NCBI GenBank assembly: GCA_051294905.1
Contig: CM119381.1
Span: 22,506,001-22,570,000 of the forward strand
Direction of reading: 5' to 3'
DNA from: Botryllus schlosseri
Lineage: Eukaryota
DNA: 64,000 nucleotides
Shown here: positions 23,001-38,000 of the stretch, one piece after another
Layout of the letters: each line of letters starts with the position of its first letter
How positions within the stretch are numbered: the stretch's first letter is position 1
The notes under the pieces: generated by a model
Told to the model about the DNA's origin: nothing
What the model saw: the letters and a program-made list of their open reading frames with translations, nothing else
Database searches by the model: none
Program-made: the position numbers and the translations under genes

Positions 23001-26000
23001 TCGAAATTACGTACACGAACACTATTCAGACCTTCCATTTTCTACATCCGCTGGAATTCGTTTTGACACGTGTCGGAAATCGCTGATTCCACTTGTAATT
23101 ATATAAATATATGGCGTAACATCTACGTTTGCTGAAGTAGAAATGCTATTACTGCTTTAACCACCTCTAACGAAAACCGACATTCACATGAAGCTGGCCG
23201 ACTCCCGAAATACGTACCACGTTCGCTGACTTTGTCCTCGAGCACTCCAGCGATGACGGCCGCCGTAGTCGCGATTTCCTCGTAAGTGTCTTCCTTGTCG
23301 TGGTCATCTTCGGCGCGGTCTTGTACTATCTCCTGCACAGTCTCCGTGATCTCGGCGTACGTGACTGGAGACGCCGGCCTGCTCGACTTTTCTGAAGCGG
23401 TATCTTCGTCCCGCGTCACCGCTACCACGGCGGCGGCGGCGACTGCTACTTTCGCAGCGTCCGAGATACCTTCGCGTTCTTCTTCTTCGGGCTTATCTTC
23501 GGGTTCTTCGACATTCTCCTCGGACCTGGGGGAATTGAATACTATATTCAATATTCATATTGAAATAAACCTGAATGTTTTCGTCTGACACTCGTCAGGG
23601 GTAATCGTTAGCTATCAGATAATGCTAGCCCTACATCACATTAAAGATTACTTGGTATTTTATCGACCTATTTCATTGCATTTTATGACAAGGCCGTGGG
23701 TTGATGACGACTTCACAGATATGACATTTCCACTAACATGCTTGGCGTTGTACTGCATGTTTCGTACGCAGCGACCAAAGTAGGTTTACAGCCTTCTACA
23801 GTTGAAATTAATATCGAAACTGCGATTCGCTTATACACATTGGCGTGTCATTTCAGTACTATACAATACCATCTCTCACCATTCGACCCTAATCATTAGA
23901 ATTAATACTCCATTCAGATTCGAGTGTTCAGCATTACTTGGGAGTTGGGGCATGCTGTTTTATGCGGACCTGATAGAGACTGTTTCGGAGAGTGCTGGTT
24001 CTTGCGCTGGCTCCTCTTCCCTCACGCTTTCCGCATCTTCGCGATAACTTTCGTTATCCGAATCGCGTATTACATCCACTGCTGCTACGACGGCTGCTGT
24101 TTTCACGACTGCTTCCACAATCTCCTCTCTCCTTTCGTCTTCTTCCTCGTCCACGATTCTGATTGGTTCTTCGCTTGATTGGGCGTGGTCGTCATGCGAC
24201 GCCTGGCTTTCGTCGTCTCGAATGTCTTCCACCTTTGAGGCTACGACGGTAGCGACAGCGGCCACGGCAGCGGCTTGGGCGATGTCGTGGTCGACTTCAG
24301 GTTCTTGGTGTACGGTAGCTTCTGTTTCTACGATGGACGAAGCGGCCGACGCGGCTCCAACTGATTTGCTCTCTTCCTCTTGCTGTTCCTCCAGTTCTAC
24401 AAAAGGATGTACCAAATTATCTATCTATAGCAGTGGATATTAACCGGTATTCCATGTTACAGTATGATTTCCTGAGTAAGTCTCAGGGGTTACGTGAAGG
24501 GCAACTTACACAATATCATTTGTGATACTACTCCCGTTTTGGGCATTATTTGTTGCAGGTAAGTAGGCTCGATCACCAGTCGAATTGCGACTGTTTTCGT
24601 GGTACGTCGTGTGTAGTGATGTACGCATAGAAGAGGTTAAGATTAAAAATTGAAAACCCCGTCCCTCTGAAATGTCAATTCTTTCCAAATATAAGCTAAA
24701 TGGTAATTAAGGAAGTAGTATCATGCTGCTGGGTTTGGACCGAGCAATACGATGACACTTTCGAAGTTGAAGTAATCTATAATAATGTATCATATGTATA
24801 TTGTAGATTGTTTTTTTTATGATAGCAAAAATTTGGTGTTCCGCAAAGGCATGCAGATTAGCGCAAGTGTTCCGCAGGTTAGTAATGGTGAAGAACCACT
24901 TATCTATAGGCTAAGGGGGACTGATACCTTGACTGAGCTCGATCAAATGTGCGGGTGCCAAGGATAACCTTGATTTTTTATTTCATTCAGTTCAGTTCCG
25001 TTTATGAATAATTTCATCAATGCAATACACCACAAGATTGAAATAAAATGAAAGATACGAAGCAGTCGAAACGACTTGGAGGAGTCTTTCAAGCAAACAC
25101 CCACTTTTCCCTACGACATAGAGTAGATAAGAGGCGTATATAACCGAATTAAAACTAACAGTAGATAACATAAAAAGAACAACCGCTTATTTAGTGCCTC
25201 GGTGCCTTGGTCATTGTTTTTACGTATAGCCTATCAAGAGCTAAACATCGCACATACGCACACGCGTAATTTCAAGTTTTGTTTTCAATTCCCGCTTGCA
25301 TAGTACAGTGTTAAATGTATTGGTGGCTGAATTAAAATTACTGTAATACTATTATATGCAATATTTCTGCTTCAGCGTAGAATGAGCGTCAACTATGTGC
25401 CAACAGTACCTGTCGCTATTAGCAAAACATAAAGCTAATCCTCAATGTGTTTATCATGGGACACTTAAAGGTTTGTTTCTCCTTTCACGCTATGAGTAAA
25501 ACTATATTTGCATTGGTAATTGTCCCAGTGCCAATTTCCTTATCGCAAATCAATCTAAAATCCCAGAGTACGTGACAATTTTTCGCAGAGCGTATCATCA
25601 CGCACAATGCGCGATTGATATGTGATAATGTCCTCACGCATGCGTGCGTGTGTCACACACAAACATATTTAAGACTTTTTGATAAAATCACGTGACATCA
25701 AATCTGAGTAAACATATTTCAATAAATCAGCATTACGGTGTCACAGTGACGACAATAGTGAAACTATAGAGAGTCAGTTGTCTCCACAACGGTAAAGAAT
25801 TCCGTATAAAGTGTATTTGCGCTCAAATGAAGTCACAATCATAACTGTGAGTTATTGAATAGATGTGAAGTCACGGTGTCGAAGTGATACAAAATAGTTC
25901 CGAGGCTGATTCGATAAGTTAATGCCTCTGTATGTGTATCGTAGAGGTGCAAGCAAAGTACCTGTATATCGCCATTTACTTCGCCGGCCCGGGTTCAATT

Positions 26001-29000
26001 CCCACCGATGGAGGTTTAACTATTCTATATAGGCTCCATATGTCACCTGTGTCGCTCGTTGTTACGGCGTGAAAAAAGTACAGATAAATACCCGATGTAG
26101 GACGGAAGCGCAATGAATCGAACGAGACAGAACAAGAAATAACTGTCCAGAGAATGACAGACGCAAAAGATCAACATCGAACAATTGTAGGGCTGGGCAC
26201 AATGATTCGAGTACTCGAATCTGAATCGAGTAATAATTTCAATGATTCGAGTCGAGTAGTAGAAGACGAATTTTCGAGTACTGGACTTATACGCTCCTCA
26301 CCACTGAAAGTTAATTAAACAACGAAGATTGTAGTTTAGATACTAACTTTAACTGCGGACGCCTTGAAACCTTGATTGGCGGTATCGTATCATACGAAAC
26401 ACATAGTACAAAGCTACGAAGGATACTGGACGTAGCACATTTCCGAAGCCATGATTATCCCACAACATTGTCACCAAGTGAATGAAATTGGTATGGTCGA
26501 AAAAATACCAAAGTATCATTTATGAGATGGATAAGAGGCATAATATTCTTTGTGGTGGCATAAAAGGTACATATTTGAACTTTGACGTACTACATTCTGT
26601 TATGACGTCATAATGAGTGATACTCGATTACTCGACTCGACTCGAAGCATATTACGTGATTCAGTATCGAATCACTAAGGTACTCGATTTTGCCCAGCCC
26701 TAAACAATTGTTGCACCGAGGTGGATGGCAGATTGAGACACCGCAACCGGTCGTTTCGGCATCACCCTATCTGTACATTACATCGCGTTGTGTCTTGTGC
26801 ATTGCATTGTACATTGTGTATGTGTGTTGATCGGATAGAAATACAATATGACGATTATTGATTTTATTGATGTTTACAATCTCCAAAATACAAACCTTCC
26901 TTTGTCTCCACAACTTCCTTCGCAACGACCATCGTGTGCAGAATTTTGATGCCTTTCAATCTGTAATAGATCTCGCCCTCCTTGTCCACGACTAGGAACG
27001 TAACCTTCACGAAAGAGAAGAGCAAATTGTTCAGTATTCATAGTACATAGCCGAACATGGACAACGCCACATTTCCACAACACTGTAAGTAGTGTCTTTA
27101 TTTTGGGCAGCGGATCTAACGAACATATACGGACCATATTCAAACCTAAGTAACGGCAGTGCTGCCTGCCTGAAAAGTAAGTGGTTTTTCCTGATAGCTA
27201 TTCAAGTAGAAGTGGAAATAAGCAAAATCTCGAGTAAGAATTGCAGGCAGGAAAAAAACTACTTGTGTACTCTGAAAAAGTAGTAGAAGTACTTCGTTAC
27301 GGACCAGTGAAATTCATTGATAAAGGTTTTTGTATTCGAATTCCAAATCTGGACTGTCAAACCCAAATTTCTTGAATCCAAATCCGGATTGGAGTACTCT
27401 ATAGTGTTATCAGATTATCAAAGTAAGATACAGATAAGTCAGGTTGATTCAGTAGCATCTTCAAGGCCCTATAATGTTCCGTATAGCTTTCTCTCTGCAC
27501 GTACTTCATTTTTGTTCTCAGTTATCCGCTTCACGATCGCGTCGTGTCCTTCGCCTTCCACGCTGGAGCCGTTGACTTGTACGATCTTGTCGCCGTCTCT
27601 CAGCCCGCCCTCTTCGGCTGCGCTTCCCGCCTGGACTTCCTTGATAAACTGCCCGTCGCGACCACTTTCCCCGGCGAGATGGAATCCGTATCCGCCAGAT
27701 TTCTTCACGAGTTTACACAGCCGTGGCCTGTGCTCGTCCGAGAGTTCATCTGAAAGCAAACAAGTGCGGAAGTGGTCGTGTCTGCTGCAGCGTAATTCCG
27801 GTAAGCGGAATGTTACGGTTGTAAATCATTGATGGGATTGTGACATGAATTTACCACTAACTCTTACCTTTGACCTCTAGTAATGCGGCCGTGATCGGAA
27901 TGCCTTTTTCCTTGAAGAAAGCGTCTTCCTCCTTGTTGACCACGAGGAAAGTGACTTCGCCCCCGGACGCTTTGATTTTGCCAACAACCTGAAATTTGTG
28001 TTCAGGCGATAATAAGTTAACCGTATTTGGCAAGATATCAAAATTAAATCATCGCAATCGGGTAGTTTTGCTTTCCGTATTTGAAGTATGAATCACGCCC
28101 TCCAAGGCACACATTTTTGTCGAAAATGAAAGTAAGTAAAAATCCTCACAGATGAATGTTGAACCGACTATATCTATATCCTTGGAGATAACCATTAGCA
28201 CATAATTACAACACGTTGTTGCAAATATAGAACTAAAATTGAAATAAATGTAGCAGAAGTGAACAGACGGATCATGATCATCATCGGTTTATTTATAATT
28301 TTATTCTTTTAAGACACTGCAAGAATGCGACACAGTGAAACAAAGTAGGAAGGCCGGTATCGAAACGATTCGGGATAGTCCTTGAAATCAGAAACCTATG
28401 CCTGGGCTAGCACGATGTAAAGAAGAGGCATGTACACTGAATGAAAAGCAACAGAAGATAACATAAAAAAGCAAGCGATGAAAATGAAGAATAGTATGTG
28501 TCGGAATAAAGCGAGGTCGATACATTATATCGTGGTCGGGTAATCTAGGACTCTCACTAGTATCATACCTCGGGATGTTTCAGTTTGTCCACGTTTTCGC
28601 CGTTGATCTCTACGATTCTGTCATATTCGAGTACGCCCGCTTGGTAGGCGGGACTGCCGTCTTCTACGTTGACCAAGAAATGGGCATTCTGGCTATCTTT
28701 CAACACGAAGCCGTAACCCTTCTCCCCACGCACGACTCGGCAGAGACGAGGCTTCATCTGAAAACGGTCCAGATTATCAGGTTGAGGGTCTATGCGTTCT
28801 TCTATAGTTCTTTCTGAAATTATCGACTATGCAGTCTATAAACAGCGTGAACAGTGTAACTGGATTTGTGCTATATAAATTATATAGTGTGGGTACAATG
28901 TAATACGATTCAAAACATGACCTCAAAAATACTATAAGCTTTGTACGGCGATAGTTGTGATTTGACGGATTTGATATACGTAGAAGTATAGCAATTGCTT

Positions 29001-32000
29001 CTCTGAGACCGTTAAGAGACGAGAACGTGGTGTTTGAAATTATTGTTCAAGTAATCATTGCGTTGCCTTATATAGAATCCGTGGTCGTGGGTGCGTTCAG
29101 TTGTATGTATGTAAATATTAAAGCAGTGCTTGACTATACTGGCGTTATAAGCTCCTCGTGATTGTATATATAGTCTAAGTCTGGACAGTCAACTTGAATA
29201 TTTTCTTGCAGCATTCTGAGCTGAGACTGCACCGATAGACAGAAATGAATTGTCTACTGGCCAAAAGAAAATGAAGAAATTACATATTTTCGGCAATTAA
29301 TTGACCACGTCAGATCATATTCTATCCACGAATCTTATCATAGGCCACCTCAATTTTGGCGCCTTCTTGCTTCGTCTCTGTCTCGACGACCTTCGCCACG
29401 ACTTTCTCCACTGGCTTCGCGACTTTTCCAAAAGACGGGACCTCCAATTCTTCCTCGGTCGGCCATTCCTTGATGAAGTCGATGGTGACCTCGACGTTCG
29501 ATTCCAGTACAAACTCGCTCGTTCCGAGACTGGCGACCGTTAATTCAACGGAGCTTCCTGCATCCCTGAAATGGAATTCACGAATACAAGTTTTGGATTT
29601 ATCACACGGTAAAACCTAGGGCAGGAAACAGGAAACTCTTCCCACACTCCAGAAATGGTCGAAGTACTCATCGTTGGTATTCAAGTAGGAGTAAGAGTAT
29701 CTTCGGCAATTTACACTCAAGTAGAAGTAAAAGCAGTGATTTCCAAGTAACTGAAAAAGTAGGTATCCTAGGGCTAGATTTGCCTAAAACTCAAAACTGT
29801 TAAGTATAGAAGTAAAAGTACTCTTGCATCATAACCACTTGAGTTAGTACTACAAGTAGGGAACATATGCTAGTATATTTTGAACGAGTACAGGTATTTC
29901 GTTTCTGACTACCTCTGTCACTCCCGGCTCTTAATTATCCATACGACTACTATATATATACCATAGCATCGTCAGGCATGGCCGTCATACAGATAACTGA
30001 AAAGTCTTAGTAGGATCATATCTGCACAACTAAACAGAAGCGACACTGCGGTATTGTGTGCACACAAGGATTGTAGCTAGGGTTGCATTTAAAACAAATG
30101 GTGTTTTAAAACACTTTGTTTAAAACATGTTTTGAACAGTGTTTTGAACAAATGCCTTTTTCAAAAAAAAAATCAAAAGTTGTCTAATTATGCCATAATT
30201 GGGTGAATACGTCCGAAAAACCATGTAGTATGAGCCTACGGACGATTTGCACCCAAAATAGTCGACATATACGATGTGGGGTGGCTGGAATCCTCGAAAT
30301 CGTCGTCGGTTCAGCAGTTTTTGCGCGTAGATATAGATCATTGGTACGGAATGGGTGTTCTGATGATGATGATGACCGCCGACCGTAAAAATGCTGAATA
30401 ACGATGTAGTCCTGGTTAAAGATATTTTGGTCTGTTTATGACAGTGATCGTAAGACCTTTTCGTCGAAGGAGCCATATTTACCCTATACATTTTCAAGTG
30501 TCTATGCCAATCCATTGCGACGTCACATTAAATATTCGTGACGTCATGACTAAAAGTAAATAAACAATAAAAAACATGTTTTAAACAAGGGCCTCGTTTT
30601 AAATTGATTTTCGCTTGAAATGCAACCATAGTTGTAGCCAAGAGGCAAAAGGAACCTATACCACCATCAAATCTTCAATTGGTGCATTCAGTTGCCATGG
30701 TGTACCTCACAATCGATCTGTGATATCGCAGCCTGATTACGCATGTGTGTATCACGATTTGTTTACTTGGACTTCCGATTCCGTAAGAAGTATCCAGAAC
30801 ATTCGCGTGGTGATTCAGTTTTTACCGTTGTACTACATATAAGTGCCAATCATAGCATACTTAATTTTCTTGACGCAGGCGGCGTGGTCGTCTTTCAACA
30901 CTCCCTGTCCATTGACCGCGATGACAATCTCCCCGCTCTTCAGTCCCGCACTTCCGGCGACTCCCGATTCCGTGACATCAGTCAAAACGTGAAAGGATCG
31001 GCCCTGAAAATGCATTTCGGTTACCGGTATGCTATCTTTAGCACTGTTTGCAAGCGTGAAAGCGCAGGTGTGGGCACCGCTGTATCTCGCCATTGCAGGA
31101 TGTACGAAGAAACATGTGAAATCGTAGTCATACTATTGAAATCGGCAATGTTAATCGCAGATCTCAGCAGAGGTGGTCAAGTTTGGTTAGCGTTGGTACT
31201 CAATGTAAGTGGTCCTAAAGCCGTAACTATATAAACTGACTCGCAACTACAAATATCAATTTACAAGATATGTCAAACCCGCTACAAGTGGACACGTGAA
31301 ATAAAAGATCTTAAAAAGTATTCAAGCCAGTTTATTCGTGCAGGGTCGCATATACGTTGAGCAGGTAATCGAGGGAAAGTGGCTACTACCGAAATTGCAA
31401 GATTTATCATTGCAACTAACACAAAATGACTAATGTGACGCTACAAATAGATACAGTCTTCGAAAACATAGCCCGTTACGGTGATACTAGAACTATTTCA
31501 CGCGGTTCCTATGGCATTTTCACTTATATCCGTGATGCAAACCTATTCCAAAACTACTTTCCCTTTTCCAAAATTAGTTTGGCCTGAATAACTGTTCAAG
31601 TTGAAGTGAAGCAATCTAAAAAAAACTAACCACTTGAGCAAGTGGTGCCACTATAGGCAAAAACTACTTGAGTATACTTCGAAAGGGTCATATTAGTTCT
31701 TTACTTACTGCCTCTAGCCAAAAGTAGAATATATATGATAGCGAGTGTCTTGAATGATGATACGCCTGTCCGAAACCTTTGGGCGGAGTTTTAGTGTTAT
31801 GACTCCATAGATCACTCGCATAATACAACTACACTGTAAAAAATAAAAACCTCGATTTACCGCGAAATGTTTGGAAGCACGGTAGCCAGACATTTCGTGG
31901 TAATCTAACATTACCGTTAGTCAATGTAAATTTAACTTACACTCGTCCGGTAATCTCACTTTACACGCCAGACTGTAATGTTACAGTCACCTCCGGTATA

Positions 32001-35000
32001 TCTAATCTACATGTTCTCCTGTACATTTGCGATCGAGACTGTCATTTTACCGCCTACCTACCTACATGCTGTCCCTGTAAATCAGGATTACATACCAGCT
32101 TGTAAATTCACGTACATCCATACCTATCGCAAAGCAACCCGATGCAAAAATATCGCAACATTTTCTTCACATCCCCAAAACGACATTGGAACAAACTGTA
32201 TATTCATTCATGATATCACGATGAAGTGGTTATCGATGGAAAAATATTGCTGCTGGAGGTCTAATTCTTCTTTAGAAGACATGCAGTAACACGAGTGGTC
32301 TCAAGAAAACGTGAATTAATTCCACCACCGGCCAAACTTCCAATTGTTTCTTTTTCTCGTTCTCATTCCTTCTGTGTAAGTAGTATCTTGCAGTTCCACT
32401 AAAAAGAATTCATGCGTAAGTCGCTATATAAAGCAAAGTTCCTAACCTGGACAGTGGACATGACATTATAAAGACTAAGACAAATGGGCTGACAAAAATA
32501 TAACATGTTTTGAAGTTCCGGTACTGGCAAATTGTGTGATGACGGCTCCGCCTTTTACATGACATAGCAGAGATTCATGACTTTATCTCTGTATTGAAGC
32601 AAAAGGTTCCTAATTTAAGGTGGCTTGTGTGGCAAACAAATCCAGCAGTGGATGAAAACATATCTATGCTATGGCCCGAAAATGACATTACCAAGCCAAC
32701 AGTTTCAACTCCTCCGCAGCGGAGTATGCGGTCACTATATAAGTCGACAAATATCCCAAAATAGAACAGAGAATGCGGCGAACGAAATATATCAATCATG
32801 AAATCTAAGTCATCGAGGGCTGGTGTGCAGAGTCAGATATTCACGGTAACAAATACTATGTAGTACTGTATTACCTTTTAAGATGCGTATTCCATTCAGC
32901 ATTCCTAGGAATCTTCAACGATCGTGTCCACTTTCTTCAAGCACAAGCTTCGCTCCACCCTTTGCTCAAATCTCACTAATGGCCACTGGCCAGACGACAC
33001 TCGAACGATTTCGAAATAAATGGTATTCATCCGCTGACACATGACACCAATAATATTTACTGGCCACGTTATAATGTTTGATCTGGGTCGTTTTTTCCAC
33101 ACAGAAACATTTAGCATTGCACATAGTCCCTTTTTTCATCTAATTTCGTATAAATTGATATATATTCCATGTGTTGTTCACTACTTACTGTACTTACCTA
33201 ACCAGACGCTGCTTGTGATGTCACAGTTGTGCGTTGGTTGTTGATTACGAATCTCAGAAAAAGCAGTCACCTGATGTAACCTATTACAGGTCGCCTTGTC
33301 CGCCATTAACAAATGGTCAGCTGAGCATGCGGTGCTGATATTTCTAATTCCCCCGAGCAATATTATACATCCTGAACTAATTTTCTAACTTATCAGTGAC
33401 AACAAATGTAACCAGCGAGACTGGCCGTACAGCCATTGCCTTATAATATAATATGGCTACGGTATACCACATTAGCTACGATTGTCAGTTATTTCTTGTA
33501 CCCTACTAAGCTTAAATTGATACTAGGGCCAACAATTTCGGTATGACAGACCCCAGTCTCGCAAACGAGGTTCAATCAGGCCAAATCACTTCTAGAATGA
33601 TATATCAGTAACATTCAGTTCTACGTATACATTGGCTGCAGCGATTTTGATGCTAATCAATTTTGCCAATAGCCCGGTAAACTGCAGTAACGAGTAACTG
33701 TCTGTAATTTTGCGAAGAAATTCTGGTAACTTACTTTACAGCTATATTAAGGTAATATTACATATCAAAATGTAAAATGACAAGCTACGCACAGTAATTG
33801 GCTGCGACCGGTAATTCGTGGTAAAATTTACAGAGATTTCTCAGTAAATCTACCAGATTTTTTACAGTGTAGATTGTGCGCCCAGACGCAAGGATAAAAC
33901 GACAGACTCGAATTATCTGCGCAGGACAGACGCAATACGATGAAAATCAGTAAATTAGTGACAGTGCGGTATAAATTGTTATCAGTGACCTCACGATCAA
34001 AATTAATTTTGAAAATTCACGTTTGACTTTGGGGTTTTCCAGCATACGCAGCAAAATAAAGACTATTTAACAATTTTCTATGTATTATTGTATAAAGTAA
34101 TTTCGTCATATACGTAATGACATTTCCCGGTATGCTACGTGATCTACGGGCGGTAACATCCGTATTAATTACCTTTTCCACTTTCAGGAACATCCCGTAA
34201 CCAGCATCGCCTTTGGTTAGTTTGACGGTACGAATTGCTGGGTTGTGACTTCGAACGATGTCGGCTGTACTGGGATAGTCATCCTTCTCTTCAAAATGTC
34301 TGGAATAATAATTAGCCGTCGTCAAACGAGTTGCGGTCAGCAGCACCTACCGACACAGCTCACACATTGAAATCGTGGCGCGCGTGATAGTTACCTCACG
34401 CATAGCAATCGCTACGTACTCGTAGAATGGGCCAGTCGTTAATCAGTTACAATCCATCTTTCTAAGATAACTTGGCGAATAAAATTATCACGATTATTTA
34501 TATTTACTTTCCGTGTGACGTGAATGAATAACTACATATATACATTATACGTGTCGCTTAATCTTCAAGGGAGTTCGAAGTCAGTGATTGAAAGATACAC
34601 AACATGACAGAGTACACCTACGATGTGGTAAGGAAATGAATCCATGCTATACCGATAGTGACAGAGTATGAAACATGAAGTTGCCCCAATGTTAGAAGTC
34701 GTGTAAAATATGTGTGAGAAATAAATAGAAACGCCCCAAGAACGTAATATATGGATAGATACTGTGCATGCCTGTCCGAACCCATATGGTATTGGACAAG
34801 GGGCTTAACTAACGAGCCCAAGGCGCCAATCCCCACACTAGATTTACGTCTTAAACATTTAAAGAGCTTCTTGGAGGTACAGAACTTCAATATACAATTG
34901 AATAGTATATTCATATTGAAATGAACCCGAATATTTTCGGCTGACACTCGTCAGGTGTGATCGTCAGCAACTAGTAGAAAATTGGAAAGAACATTGTATA

Positions 35001-38000
35001 ACAACAATCGTATCACAAAATATGACGTCAACAGCATGGAATGAAATCTCAAACAAGAGAGCGTTCAATGTACTATTTTAAGATGGTACACGAACACCTT
35101 CTGTAGACAAAGCTTTGGCTGACGTATTTTGATAAAGGTCGCCTCCAAGGAGTTGCTGACGATTACCCCTGACGAGTGTCAGCCGAAAATATTCAATTTC
35201 AAAATGAATATACTATGCAATTGTGTCTTGGACATTGTGATGTCACGAAATTATCCCACCCCAAATAATTGAATAAATTAATATATATATATAAATAAAT
35301 TAGTTGTAAAAAAATCGTCACGCCCATACATCACATTATCACATACCTTCACTAGATATAGGTTGAGAACATCAGCTATAATTCTGAGGGACACATTGGC
35401 TAGAGAGCACTTTCAGATGAATGGAAACAATTCATTACAGCAAAGCGTGAGCTTAATAGACCCGTACGAGTACATGTGCATCCCTTATGGGATTGCTACT
35501 GCTGTAATTGCGATAAGGAAACTGCAATCTTTCGTAAAGTCGTAATTACATCTATATCTTCGGATAGCATATGTATATATAGGGATTACCTATGCAAATG
35601 AAAGGCGCCGGACATTTATCATTCACAAGCCCCGTATAGGAACACCACTTACGCGCCTCAATAGACGATATACGCGAGACCTTTATCTTGAAAAGTAAAC
35701 TCCACACTTGCGTAGAAGATAAATTACGCGAACACCGGCGCACAAAAGACAAGGAACGGAACCGTATACTTTCGCAAATATTTGCCATCCAACCGGGAAC
35801 TCACTTCATAGCTTGTTCATCGAGGACAACCAGAACCACCTGGTACTGCTTCGTCTTGACCAATGAGATCACGTCGGCGTGATTCATGTCCATGATGGAT
35901 TTTCCGTTTACCGCCAAAACGCGGTCGTTCTCAAATAATCCCGCAATTTCGGCGCAGCTGTCGGCGTCAATCTTTCCGATATACTCTCCTGGAATTATAC
36001 AGTGGATTTGCAATCAACCAGTAATCTAATTCTTATTCTAGCCAGTGGATCGATGACATTGTTTCATGCTCTGATTCAATAGTCACACTTTACCAATGTG
36101 TTGCTTGACACAATAGAGTTATAAAATATTATATTGCATGTCAACCAAGAAGCAAAAATTAATTGATGGATGATGCTTGTGTTTCAGCTTATAGAAAATT
36201 ACTAGGAAATCAAAATCAAGCAGATGAAGTTATCTAACAATATTCTATACATGTAGCTTTTAGAGACTAAATTAGTTTGGTAAACATGGTAAGAGATATC
36301 CGAAGAAATGTCAGTCAGTGGCTCCCAACCCTGGGTCCGCGACAAGGTCAAGGGGCTTCGTGAGTGTCCAATAGATTGGATGTTAAGCGAGAATGCCTAG
36401 GTTCAAAATAATGACACATTTGGTTATGACGGTAATTTGATTTTATTGTCTTTTTTCGTATTACACTCTCTGTTCCCCAATTCCTACTACAGTACTAGGC
36501 CTACTTATATAGCTATGCGAAGTTGAGCTTCAGATCATTGTTACCATAAAAAGAAAGAAAACGGAGAATCGTTAAGACCAAAGCGTCGTGCGTGCGTATA
36601 CTGTATAGTTTATCTGTTTAGAGGCAAAATGACTGAAAAGCAGAAGTAGCAGGCTATAGTACAGTGGTCGGGAACCTTTTTCGACCGAAGAGCCATATTG
36701 GCCCAATATTTTCAATTACAACTCCCAAAGAGCCATACATGTCAATCAACTGTTACGTTACAATTGAACATCCGTGACGTATTGGTAGCACTAATATATG
36801 GGATTCGTAGTGTACGCCGTATGTTTCTGCCCACGTTTAGTCAAATATGGTCACTATACAGCAGTACATACCCACCGTGTGATACGTCAGAGACGTGGGG
36901 TTATGGGAGGCAAGTGAGGCAGTGCCTCAGATGTCGTCAGGGATGAGTGAAGAAAATTCTGAACCCTTCAATGGTTATTGGTATCTTCTATCGATGTTTA
37001 TGAAAGACTAGATTTTGAACATTATTTCCAAAATCACGGAATTTTCATATTTATTGTTTGTAAATAAAGTGCGAAAGGAGACGAGGTAAGCCTCACCTGT
37101 GTGTAACAGCACAACTCATCGTAAATAGCTTAGAATTTATGATAACTGATATTAATCAAATGTAATTGTCGTGTTGATTCTGGAAATCCAAGTATTGATC
37201 GACTTCTAAAATATTCGGCGAAATGTAATGTTGCGTTACACACCTACATTTTTACGGCGGTGCTAGAAAGCTAATAACGAATCAAGAAAATGGATAGCTA
37301 TGGCGTCGTTTTTAATTGTGAATGTCACTTCCAAGACATTTTATTTCTCATCGTAGATAAAGACGACAAAGTGTATTTGAAAACTGCATTGTCCTACAAG
37401 TGTCGCCATATCTGCTATCCTCTTTTGTCAATCATTAAGGTATATCGTGCGATCCAAGATTTCTAGGCGCGCGAGGGTGGGTGGTACGAGCCCCTATCCC
37501 TGGATACCCTTCTGTCTCGACCTCTAAAAGACATGTTCATGCTGCCACGAGAACAATTATTCTCACCGTCATGGAAATTCACCTACGAGTTGGTGGAACA
37601 ATGTTAAATTAAATACAAAATTGAAAATTTCTTAAAGAGCCATCTTATCTTATACCCAAAAGAGCCATATATGGCTCGCGAGCCATAGGTTCCCGACCAC
37701 TGCTATAGTAGGTTCATTTAGCGCCATTTTTATGAATTTTTTGTTCTGTAGTCCGTGGCGCACAAGACTTTAACAGGTGATAAGTGCCCCTCTAATCCTT
37801 TAATAATAAGAATTGAGACTGTGAAGTCTTCTCATTAAATTCGTTATGAGTTCGTAGTTCATATAGTTCGTCCATAGTTGTTCTAAAAGCGTCTCCTTAA
37901 TCGAATTTCTATTCCAATGGTTTTTTACCCCCCCCCCCCCATTGCCGTTGTTCGTAATTTTGTAAATATAATTCGATAACAATGCTACATTTACAACATG

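Noticed and set aside
28758-28816. Upstream acceptor extending PDZ exon 10 ([18 protein letters not shown])
   Set aside because: It needs a phase-1 donor in the preceding exon and only a GC option exists; the phase-0 GT-AG junction 29349/28757 was preferred. Not excluded as a minor isoform.
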